A stretch of 18,161 nucleotides of DNA from Candidatus Cloacimonadota bacterium. GTDB lineage: Bacteria; Cloacimonadota; Cloacimonadia; JGIOTU-2. Position numbers and translations under genes: made by a program. Each line of letters begins with the position of its first letter. The first letter of the stretch is position 1. Location: the NCBI GenBank assembly GCA_014382495.1, contig JACNJR010000031.1, positions 1 to 18,161 of the forward strand, given 5' to 3'. Below are positions 9,062-16,543 of this stretch, one piece after another. A model generated the notes under the pieces. It was given only the letters and a program-made list of their open reading frames with translations, had not been told where the DNA came from and ran no database searches.

Positions 9062-9147
9062 CTTTTACCTCCGTTTTTTTTATTTGATTTCAAAAAAATA
9101 TTCCAGAAATATGCTGTCAATTTATTTTATTATTTTATGAAAAAATT

Positions 9148-10158
9148 TTATCCAATTTTCTTTTTGGTATATTTTATCAATTTTTCAATTAAATCTTTTG
9201 ACCTGATTCCTTCTGCTTCTGCTGCGAAATTGAGTAAAATTCTATGTTGCAAAATCGGATTTGCGACAAACTCAACATCTTCAATTGTCGGAGTATATCT
9301 GCCATAAAGTGCGGCTCGAGTTTTTGATGCCAGAATAAGATATTGTGAAGCTCGCGGTCCAGAACCCCAATTTACCCATTTTTTCACAAAATCTGGCGCG
9401 TTTTTTTCATTTGGTCTGGAAATCCGCGCAAGATTCACAGCAAAATTAATGATATGTTCCGAGACAGGAATTTTGAATATGAATTTCTGAAGTTTAGTGA
9501 TTTCATCTCCAGCAATCACATTATTTATTTCAGGAAATTCCTGACTTGTGGTGAATTCTGCAATCTGCTTCTCCTCTTCAAAACTTGGATAATCAATATC
9601 GATATGAAAGATAAATCTATCTAATTGTGCTTCTGGAAGTGGATATGTGCCTTCCTGCTCAATCGGATTTTGAGTTGCAAGCACGAAGAATGGCGGCTCA
9701 AGTTTGAAGGTATTATTTCCAGCCGTAACTTCCCTTTCTTGCATTGCCTGAAGGAGCGCTGATTGAGTTTTGGGCGGAGTTCTATTTATTTCATCTGCTA
9801 AAATTATATTCGCAAAAATCGGTCCTTTCACAAATTCAAAAACTCGCTTTCCCGTTGTTTTATCTTCTGCCAAAATATCTGTGCCAGTGATATCTGAAGG
9901 CATCAAATCTGGTGTGAACTGGATTCTGCTAAATTTCAAATTGAGAACTTTTGAGATTGTGCTGATAAGTAAAGTTTTTGCCAATCCGGGAACTCCAACG
10001 AGAAGGCAATGTCCGTTTGCGAATAGAGAGATTAAAAAATATTCAATTACTTTATCTTGTCCGATAATTACTCTTCCAATTTCGTTCACAATTTTTTCTC
10101 GAATTATGCTGAGATTTTTGACCGTTTTTGCATCGTTCTTATCAATAATTTCTTTCAT
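9148..10158 (-). CDS. MoxR-family AAA+ ATPase
   Basis: 336 aa. Walker A GVPGLAKT, Walker B ILADEINR, and MoxR-typical VLATQNP and PLPEAQLDRF segments. Length and architecture match the MoxR/RavA-like AAA subfamily. Confidence 0.9.
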   Translation of the reverse strand: MKEIIDKNDAKTVKNLSIIREKIVNEIGRVIIGQDKVIEYFLISLFANGHCLLVGVPGLAKTLLISTISKVLNLKFSRIQFTPDLMPSDITGTDILAEDKTTGKRVFEFVKGPIFANIILADEINRTPPKTQSALLQAMQEREVTAGNNTFKLEPPFFVLATQNPIEQEGTYPLPEAQLDRFIFHIDIDYPSFEEEKQIAEFTTSQEFPEINNVIAGDEITKLQKFIFKIPVSEHIINFAVNLARISRPNEKNAPDFVKKWVNWGSGPRASQYLILASKTRAALYGRYTPTIEDVEFVANPILQHRILLNFAAEAEGIRSKDLIEKLIKYTKKKIG

Positions 10159-10196
10159 ATAAATTCCTTTTGCAATTTAATTTAACATTCTGAAAA

Positions 10197-11210
10197 TCAA
10201 TTTTTATATTTTTCACTTTCAGATATATTTACATTTCTGAAAGTATCTACTACTTTTACGCCGATATAACTAAAACTGAACAGACCGATTGCGGTTATCA
10301 TAATTCCTGTCAATAAATGCGCAAAACCGACGACGGCGCTGACAAGTTCTCGATTCAAACCGAGTCCAACTGAAAAAATAATCAGCATAATAAGTTCATT
10401 GCTGCCGATCTGCGCTGGCGGACAGGGAATGATGTAAGAGAGGTAAATCAAAGTATATCCAAACAAGATTATTGGAAATGTCAAATTTTCTCCGAACGCC
10501 TTGAATATGAGAAGAAAATATAATGCATCGATTAGAACAGCGCCAAAAGTCAGCAAAATTACTACTGGCAAAATTCTTGAATGATGCTTGAACAATCCGA
10601 TTCCCTCGACAAAATTTTCGATAATTTCAAAAAATTTTATCTCATATTTTTCTGGAATGAAAAAGAGAATTTTATGAAATAATTTCACTACAAATTTTTT
10701 ATTTATGGCAGTCAAAACAAGGATTCCTAATCCGAAAAGGACAACAGCAAGAAGGAGTATGATGAGAATTAGAAGCGGTTTAGCGATATTAGGTTGGAGA
10801 ATTGGAATCAAAATTATCACGACAAAAATCGAAAGTGAATCGAAGACCTTATCGATAAAAACTGACGGAAGCGTTTTCGATATTGCTTTTCCATTAGTTC
10901 GTTTAATAAAATAACTTTTGGCAAATTCCCCTGCGCGAATCGGAATGATATAATTCATAAAAAATCCCGCCATCCAAATTAAATACGCTTTTTTTATCGA
11001 TAAATTGCAAACAGGTTTCAGAATTATTCGCCATCGAATCGAACGGATAAAGTATGAAAATAGATATAAAACAGATGCAATTAGAACATAAACGAAATTT
11101 AATTTTCTGAAATAATCTGCTACCTCTTTTACATTTATGAATTTTATCCAAACGAGCAGAAGGATAATTCCCAATAAAATTCCGATGATTATTTTCTTTT
11201 TATCTGACAT
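10197..11210 (-). CDS. Integral membrane protein of the lysylphosphatidylglycerol-synthase transmembrane/flippase-like domain family (UPF0104, MprF N-terminal-like)
   Basis: 337 aa, about 8 hydrophobic helices. The N-terminal helix followed by FRSIRWRIIL and the overall pattern resemble the LPG-synthase TM domain. No catalytic (aminoacyl-transferase or glycosyltransferase) domain is attached. Confidence 0.65.
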   Translation of the reverse strand: MSDKKKIIIGILLGIILLLVWIKFINVKEVADYFRKLNFVYVLIASVLYLFSYFIRSIRWRIILKPVCNLSIKKAYLIWMAGFFMNYIIPIRAGEFAKSYFIKRTNGKAISKTLPSVFIDKVFDSLSIFVVIILIPILQPNIAKPLLILIILLLAVVLFGLGILVLTAINKKFVVKLFHKILFFIPEKYEIKFFEIIENFVEGIGLFKHHSRILPVVILLTFGAVLIDALYFLLIFKAFGENLTFPIILFGYTLIYLSYIIPCPPAQIGSNELIMLIIFSVGLGLNRELVSAVVGFAHLLTGIMITAIGLFSFSYIGVKVVDTFRNVNISESEKYKN

Positions 11211-11216
11211 TTTTGT

Positions 11217-12059
11217 TTATGTTTTAGTAAAAATCATATATTTATGATGTGCACAGAAGAATTTGATAAAATTAGGAGCAATTTTTTCAAACCAGTAATA
11301 TTTCATCATTCTGTTGGAAAAATCGGAATCTTTATTTGTATAATAATCTAAAATGCATAATTTTTCTTCATTTTTCTCTCTTTTGAGTTTTAACAGAAAA
11401 TCGAGGTGAAAAATTTTAAGAAACTCTCGCTTGTTCATTCCAATATCTGGCCATGGTGGACAGTCAATATAATTTCTCTCTACAAGTTTCCAATTCAAGT
11501 TTTTCATCTCTTTTATTATATTTTTTGGAACAATATTATCCTCTTTCAATTCTTTTTTCAATTCATTTCCAGAAATATATTTTTGGGAAATGTAGCCAAA
11601 TCCAAAACGATTGGGCACACAAATCCAAATCACCTTTTTCGTCACGCGTGTTAACTCTTTCAAAAATATTTCTAAACTATTCACGAACCAAAGAGCTGAA
11701 AAATTCCAACTTATATCAAAGCAATTATCTTCAAAGTTTAATTTTTGAAAATTTTCTTGAAAATAAAAATTAGTTTTTAATCCACAATTTTTCCATACAG
11801 AACGCACCATTTCTAATCGCTGTTTGTCATTATCAATCAGAGTAGCGGAAATGCCAGATTTTGCAACTGCTATAGAATTTATTCCGGTGATTCCCGTAAA
11901 ACCGAAGATTGGAACTTCTAATAGAGTTTCACACTTGTATTTTTTGATAATTTCTCGCAATTTGTTGTTCAAAATGATTCTTTCGTAACTTGAACCAAGT
12001 CCTTCATTTGGTTCTTCGGAGAAATAATTTTGCCAATTTTTCAAAATTGGAATTGCCAT
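11217..12059 (-). CDS. Putative class I SAM-dependent methyltransferase-like protein
   Basis: 280 aa. Possible motif I (LLEVPIFGFTGITGINSIAVAKSG), an acidic end of strand beta2 (ATLIDND), and motif IV-like FDISWNFSALWF. Weak call from pattern only. Starts 2 nt after the upstream gene's stop. Confidence 0.4.
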   Translation of the reverse strand: MAIPILKNWQNYFSEEPNEGLGSSYERIILNNKLREIIKKYKCETLLEVPIFGFTGITGINSIAVAKSGISATLIDNDKQRLEMVRSVWKNCGLKTNFYFQENFQKLNFEDNCFDISWNFSALWFVNSLEIFLKELTRVTKKVIWICVPNRFGFGYISQKYISGNELKKELKEDNIVPKNIIKEMKNLNWKLVERNYIDCPPWPDIGMNKREFLKIFHLDFLLKLKREKNEEKLCILDYYTNKDSDFSNRMMKYYWFEKIAPNFIKFFCAHHKYMIFTKT

Positions 12060-12061
12060 AA

Positions 12062-13042
12062 TTATCTGTCTGTTTTTTTATACCATTCTAAAACATACTT
12101 GAAATTCGGAATTGTGTTGTGCGATGTGATTTTTAAATCTTTTTCTGCTTGTGAAACATCATAATACCAACTTCTGGAAATCAGTTGTATGCGTGCAAAC
12201 CATAATTCATTCTTGATAATTTTTGAAAAAATAAATTCCAATACTCTAAACAGAAATGTCGGAATTTTTTTCCATTTTGGATAATTCTCACTTTTCAATT
12301 CAATATTAATGAAATTTGTTAATTTTTCTAATGAGACAGGAATTTTATCCGAAATATTGTAAGCATTTCCAGATTTGAGATTTTCATTTGCTGCATTTAT
12401 AAACGCAGAAGTCAGTGTTTCAACATCAATCATATTTATTTTAATATCTTGAGACGGACGTATCATCAGACCGTTATCAACCAAATTTATCAATTTGTAT
12501 GGAAATCCATAATCGCCTTTTCCATAAGTAATTGACGGACGAATGATGATAAGATTTAGCCCATTTTTGACTAATTTTTGAAGTTCGTTCTCTGCTTCGA
12601 TTTTAGTAAAATGATAGTAATTATCAGGTTTTCGGTTTGTGTTTTCATTTGGTGGAAGTTCATTTGGAATTGCGCCAAAAACCCCGACGGAACTGCAGAA
12701 AATCATTTTGCAATTATGTTTCAAACATTGTTCAGCAATATATTTTGTGGCATTTACATTTGTATCGTAATAATCTTTTTTAGAAAAATTTCTTCCTCCG
12801 CGAAGTGCTGCAATATGAAAAACAATATCAAATCTGATCTCACTAAAAATCTTTTCTATAAAATTTTGTGAATTCAGCTCGCCAAATTTACAAATTACTC
12901 CTTTGCTTTCAAATTTCTCATACCTTTCGACTTTCGTTTTCTCTCTAATTATCGCAACAATCCTATCATTTTTCTCTTCCAATAATTTTCTGCAAATGTG
13001 TCCGCCAATAAAACCTGTAATACCTGTGATTAAAATATTCAT
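12062..13042 (-). CDS. NAD-dependent epimerase/dehydratase (extended SDR family)
   Basis: 326 aa. N-terminal Rossmann motif ILITGITGFIGGHICRKL and the catalytic YxxxK (YHFTK). The length is typical of the UDP-sugar epimerase/dehydratase/reductase family. Confidence 0.85.
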   Translation of the reverse strand: MNILITGITGFIGGHICRKLLEEKNDRIVAIIREKTKVERYEKFESKGVICKFGELNSQNFIEKIFSEIRFDIVFHIAALRGGRNFSKKDYYDTNVNATKYIAEQCLKHNCKMIFCSSVGVFGAIPNELPPNENTNRKPDNYYHFTKIEAENELQKLVKNGLNLIIIRPSITYGKGDYGFPYKLINLVDNGLMIRPSQDIKINMIDVETLTSAFINAANENLKSGNAYNISDKIPVSLEKLTNFINIELKSENYPKWKKIPTFLFRVLEFIFSKIIKNELWFARIQLISRSWYYDVSQAEKDLKITSHNTIPNFKYVLEWYKKTDR

Positions 13043-13068
13043 AATGTTATCAAAACTGCAATAAATTT

Positions 13069-13860
13069 TTACGAAAAAAAGTTTTTCACTCTTTCTAAAA
13101 ATGAGGTTTTATATTTTTTTTCTTGATAAATCTGTCTGAAGATATTTTCAAATGGCTCGTTATTAATAACCTTTTTGGGATTTTCATACATTAACAATTC
13201 AGCCAAATTTTCAGAATATTTTTCACTCAAATATTGATATGCAGCATCCATCAAAATGGGGCGTTTAGCCAGATTGTGAACATCCGAGGCGACAAAATGT
13301 ATGCATCCCACTTCCAACATTTTATGCGTCAGTACTTGAATTTTTTCACCATAATCTCCCAACAAACAACCGCAATTTGTCTGAATAAGAATGCCGCGAT
13401 TTGCAATATCAAGCAGAAAATCAAAATTATTTATAAATTGAAAATATCGCTCTGCATGCGCTAAAATTGGGATAAAATCTTCAAATTGAAATTCGAAAAG
13501 TGTCTCAAAGAAATTATTTGGAAATCTCTGCAAATCGGATTCTACCAAAATATATGAACTGCCTGCTAATGATAATTTTTCTCTTTTTACTTTTTCAATA
13601 AGATTTGGTTCAAAATATATTTCTGCACCTTTATGGATTTTTATTTGCAATTTGTTTTTGACGATTTTTGCGGATAATTCATCAAATTTTTCATCAATGG
13701 TTTTTCGATTATTGTCATAAGAACCGGAAATTATATGCGGAGTTACAATCACTTCTTTTACGCCTTGATTTATTAATTCATTAAGAATTTCAAAACTTTG
13801 CTCAAAATTTTCAGCACCATCATCTAATCCCGGCAAAATGTGCGAATGAATATCAATCAT
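13069..13860 (-). CDS. CpsB/CapC-type PHP-domain phosphoesterase (Mn-dependent protein-tyrosine phosphatase family, YwqE-like)
   Basis: 263 aa. The diagnostic N-terminus MIDIHSHILPGLDDGA and additional His clusters (VTPHII, ILAHAERY, ASDVHN) are typical of the PHP fold. ATG 13860-13858 lies 2 nt after the GGGPS stop. Confidence 0.85.
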   Translation of the reverse strand: MIDIHSHILPGLDDGAENFEQSFEILNELINQGVKEVIVTPHIISGSYDNNRKTIDEKFDELSAKIVKNKLQIKIHKGAEIYFEPNLIEKVKREKLSLAGSSYILVESDLQRFPNNFFETLFEFQFEDFIPILAHAERYFQFINNFDFLLDIANRGILIQTNCGCLLGDYGEKIQVLTHKMLEVGCIHFVASDVHNLAKRPILMDAAYQYLSEKYSENLAELLMYENPKKVINNEPFENIFRQIYQEKKYKTSFLERVKNFFS

Positions 13861-13862
13861 TT

Positions 13863-14618
13863 TTATCCTTTATGAATTGCGTCTGCAAAATTTTGGATTA
13901 GATTTTTATCGGGATTTTTTTCAAACGCGTGCCCTATCACGACAAAATCTGCTCCAGCATTTACCTTTTTTCTGGCATCATCTGGAGTTTTTATACCGCC
14001 GCCAACAATCAGCGGAATGTCCATATTTTTTTTCACAGCATCAATCATATTAACTGGGATAGACATTTTTGCTCCACTTCCTGCATCCATAAAAACAATT
14101 TTCATTCCAAGATATTGAGCGGCAAGAATGTGTGCAATTGCAATGTCATTTTTATCTCTTGGAATTGGAGTGCTGTTGCTCATATATTGAACGGAAGTTA
14201 GCGAACCAGATTCGATGATAAGATAGCCCGTTGGGATTGTTTCAACTTGCAGTTTTTTTATTAACGGAGCTGCTCTAACTTGCTCTCCAATAAGCAATTG
14301 CGGATTTCTGCTGCTTAATAAACTCATAAATAAAATTGCATCGGCGTGCGGAGAGCCCAAACTAAATATTCCCGGAAAGATGATTATAGGAATTTTTATC
14401 TGTTTTTTGATAGCAATTACAGTGGAATCGAAATCGTTTTTCAGCATAATACTTCCGCCAACGAAAATCGCATCAGCACCCGATTTTTCACAATCTTTGG
14501 CAAGCTCGGCAGATTGTTGTAAATCCTGTTTATCGGAATCTATCAAGCAGAAAAACCCAGCTTTTTTTCTGCGAATTACTTCCAACAAATAATTGTAAAT
14601 TTTATTATTTTTTACCAC
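13863..14618 (-). CDS. (Geranyl)geranylglyceryl-phosphate synthase, PcrB/GGGPS family TIM-barrel prenyltransferase
   Basis: 251 aa and collinear with B. subtilis PcrB and archaeal GGGPS: GADAIFVGGS, IIIFPG, KIVFMDAGSGA, IPLIVGGGIKT, ADFVVIGHAFE. Start is GTG (14618-14616), preceded by GTAGGAGAA. Confidence 0.8.
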   Translation of the reverse strand: MVKNNKIYNYLLEVIRRKKAGFFCLIDSDKQDLQQSAELAKDCEKSGADAIFVGGSIMLKNDFDSTVIAIKKQIKIPIIIFPGIFSLGSPHADAILFMSLLSSRNPQLLIGEQVRAAPLIKKLQVETIPTGYLIIESGSLTSVQYMSNSTPIPRDKNDIAIAHILAAQYLGMKIVFMDAGSGAKMSIPVNMIDAVKKNMDIPLIVGGGIKTPDDARKKVNAGADFVVIGHAFEKNPDKNLIQNFADAIHKG

Positions 14619-14639
14619 AAATTCTCCTACTTTTTTACA

Positions 14640-15482
14640 TCAAAAATATTGTGAAAACCAAAGCACAAGCAAGATTACAAACATATTGACTTTCATCATT
14701 TTTGAAGAAAAAGACGCTTTTTTTTTACTGAATTTCAGAAATAAATTTGATAGATTTATCGGAATAAAAAAGCCGACGAGCAGAATCAAAATTGCAAAAA
14801 CCGAAATTTCATAAAACCTTTCGTATCCAAAAATTGTCAAGATTGTAAGAAAAATCCAGAATAAAAATAGTAAAACGAAGGTAACATTTTTCCCGAAAAT
14901 TATCGGAATTGTTTTCGCATTATTTTTTTTATCGCCTTTAATATCTTCCAAATCCTTCACAATTTCACGAATAATCGTAAAAACAAATGCACAAAAAAAT
15001 ATGAAATATGAATTCGCGATATTTTCATTTGCCAATCCGCCGTAAAGGAATGCGGAAGCCGTAAAAAATGATACTAAAATATTGTCGAGAAATGTCAGTT
15101 TTTTCGCTTTATATGCGTAAATCCAAAGAAGAATTGAATTGCAAGAAGCGAGTAAAATCATCCAAAGATTTTTGAAGATGAAACTAATAATTATTCCGAA
15201 AATAAACATCAAAATTGCAAAATTTTTTGCAGATATTGGAGAAATTTTTCCGGAAGGTATTGCTCTTTTTGGTTTATTTATTTTGTCGATTTCAATATCA
15301 AAAAAATCGTTGATTACATATCCGGCAGCTGCTATAAATGATGCAGAAAGTGCGGCTAAAACAGGGAAAATCAAATTTGAAAAATCAAAATTTGTCTTCC
15401 AATAAGCTCCGAAAAGAACAGATATTGCGACAAAAAAAATATTAAAAGGTCTGGTAATTTTGAAGTACGAAATCAAACTCAC
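14640..15482 (-). CDS. UbiA-superfamily prenyltransferase, most consistent with digeranylgeranylglyceryl-phosphate synthase (DGGGPS-like)
   Basis: 280 aa, about 8-9 TM helices. First Asp-rich motif NDFFDIEIDKINKPKRAIPSG (NDxxDxxxD) and a second acidic patch REIVKDLEDIKGD. The short length and N-terminal FKITRPFN match DGGGPS rather than the longer quinone enzymes UbiA and MenA. GTG start (15482-15480) overlaps the upstream TAG by 1 nt. The DGGGPS assignment rests partly on adjacency to GGGPS. Confidence 0.7.
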   Translation of the reverse strand: MSLISYFKITRPFNIFFVAISVLFGAYWKTNFDFSNLIFPVLAALSASFIAAAGYVINDFFDIEIDKINKPKRAIPSGKISPISAKNFAILMFIFGIIISFIFKNLWMILLASCNSILLWIYAYKAKKLTFLDNILVSFFTASAFLYGGLANENIANSYFIFFCAFVFTIIREIVKDLEDIKGDKKNNAKTIPIIFGKNVTFVLLFLFWIFLTILTIFGYERFYEISVFAILILLVGFFIPINLSNLFLKFSKKKASFSSKMMKVNMFVILLVLWFSQYF

Positions 15483-16369
15483 TACGGCACTCTATCCTGA
15501 ATCGTATCCAGAAAATTTAGTAACATGCTATTATTCGGAATATATTTTATGATATTTCTCGCATCGTGAATGAGTTTTAGTGCTTGCTTTTTCGACTCTT
15601 CAATTCCGAGCAAAACGGGATATGTAACCCGATTATTTTTGCTATCTTCGCCAGTTTCCTTTTCCAATAAATCATCTGCACCAATTTCGTCAAGAATATC
15701 GTCAATTACTTGATATGCCAAGCCGACATTTAGTGCGAAATCGCTCAAAGCGCTGGTAGTTTGCTCATTTGCGTTTGCAACAACACATGCCATTTCTTCA
15801 GCGGCTCGGAGAAGTGCGCCTGTTTTTTTTAGATGAATATCTCGCAAAACATGCAATTTTACTCTTCTTTTCGTAGAAAGCAATTCCACAACTTGTCCGC
15901 CAATCATCCCGCGAGTTGACGCTGATTGAAGAAGAATCTCGAGACAATCCAGCGAATGTTTTCTTTTTTTCATTTTCAAAATAGTTTCAAATGACTTGGT
16001 TATCAACGCATCGCCAGCTAAAATTGCAATCGCATTTCCAAATTTTTTGTGACAACTTGGCTTTCCTCTTCTCACATTTGCATCGTCCATAAATGGCAAA
16101 TCGTCGTGAATCAACGATGCTGTATGAATCATCTCGATGGCGCAGGCAAGTGGCATTATTTTTTGAATTCGGCGCGTGTCTCGACGCTTGATGAGCATTT
16201 CATAAGTTGCAATTAGAAGTAATGGGCGAAGTCGTTTTCCGCCAGCAAAAATCGAATATCTCATCGCTTCGTGAATTTTTTGTGGATATTTGCTTTTTGG
16301 CGATAAGTATTTATTGAGCGCTTTTTCAATTAACTTTTTTCTGCTATCAAAATATCTTTCTAAAATCAA
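15482..16369 (-). CDS. Short-chain polyprenyl diphosphate synthase, probably geranylgeranyl diphosphate synthase (type II, FARM with 2-residue insertion)
   Basis: 295 aa. FARM IHTASLIHDDLPFMDD and SARM YQVIDDILD. Ala and Ser occupy the -5 and -4 positions before the FARM, where C15-limited FPP synthases such as E. coli IspA carry an aromatic residue. This chain-length rule predicts a C20 or longer product. Start is TTG (16369-16367), preceded by GGAGG; an in-frame TAA at 16387-16385 closes the frame upstream. Confidence 0.88.
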   Translation of the reverse strand: MILERYFDSRKKLIEKALNKYLSPKSKYPQKIHEAMRYSIFAGGKRLRPLLLIATYEMLIKRRDTRRIQKIMPLACAIEMIHTASLIHDDLPFMDDANVRRGKPSCHKKFGNAIAILAGDALITKSFETILKMKKRKHSLDCLEILLQSASTRGMIGGQVVELLSTKRRVKLHVLRDIHLKKTGALLRAAEEMACVVANANEQTTSALSDFALNVGLAYQVIDDILDEIGADDLLEKETGEDSKNNRVTYPVLLGIEESKKQALKLIHDARNIIKYIPNNSMLLNFLDTIQDRVP

Positions 16370-16543
16370 TTGTCCTCCAAATTTTTATGCTTATTTTTAA
16401 ATTTAAAGTAAAAAGAAAATTTTGAAAAATTCTGTCAATGTTTTCTAAAAAAAATGCAGACGAAAAGCAAAATAAATTATTGACAAGATTTTCTAAACCG
16501 AAATAAAGAAGGATAAACTTTTCTGCAGAATCGGAATTTTTCT
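16370..16543. promoter_or_regulatory. Divergent promoter region between the isoprenoid/ether-lipid operon (minus) and the MFS transporter gene (plus)
   Basis: TTGACA on the plus strand at 16479-16484 has an AATAAA -10-like element about 16-17 nt downstream. Its reverse complement TGTCAA at 16433-16438 is the -35-like element for the minus-strand operon. Each is followed by TTTTCTAAA (16441-16449 and 16489-16497). Confidence 0.3.

Noticed and set aside
9062-9147. Rho-independent terminator between the MoxR and SPFH genes
   Set aside because: The 86-nt gap contains a TTGACA-like hexamer and a GGAGGT Shine-Dalgarno for the SPFH gene, but no GC-containing hairpin followed by a T-tract. It is more likely an internal promoter or plain spacer than a terminator.
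13863-14618. Annotating the PcrB homologue simply as Firmicutes-type heptaprenylglyceryl-phosphate synthase
   Set aside because: The immediate, translationally coupled upstream genes are a GGPP-type (short-chain) synthase and a DGGGPS-like UbiA enzyme. The C20 archaeal-type GGGPS reading fits that context better. Chain-length specificity cannot be proven from sequence by eye, so it remains a caveat.
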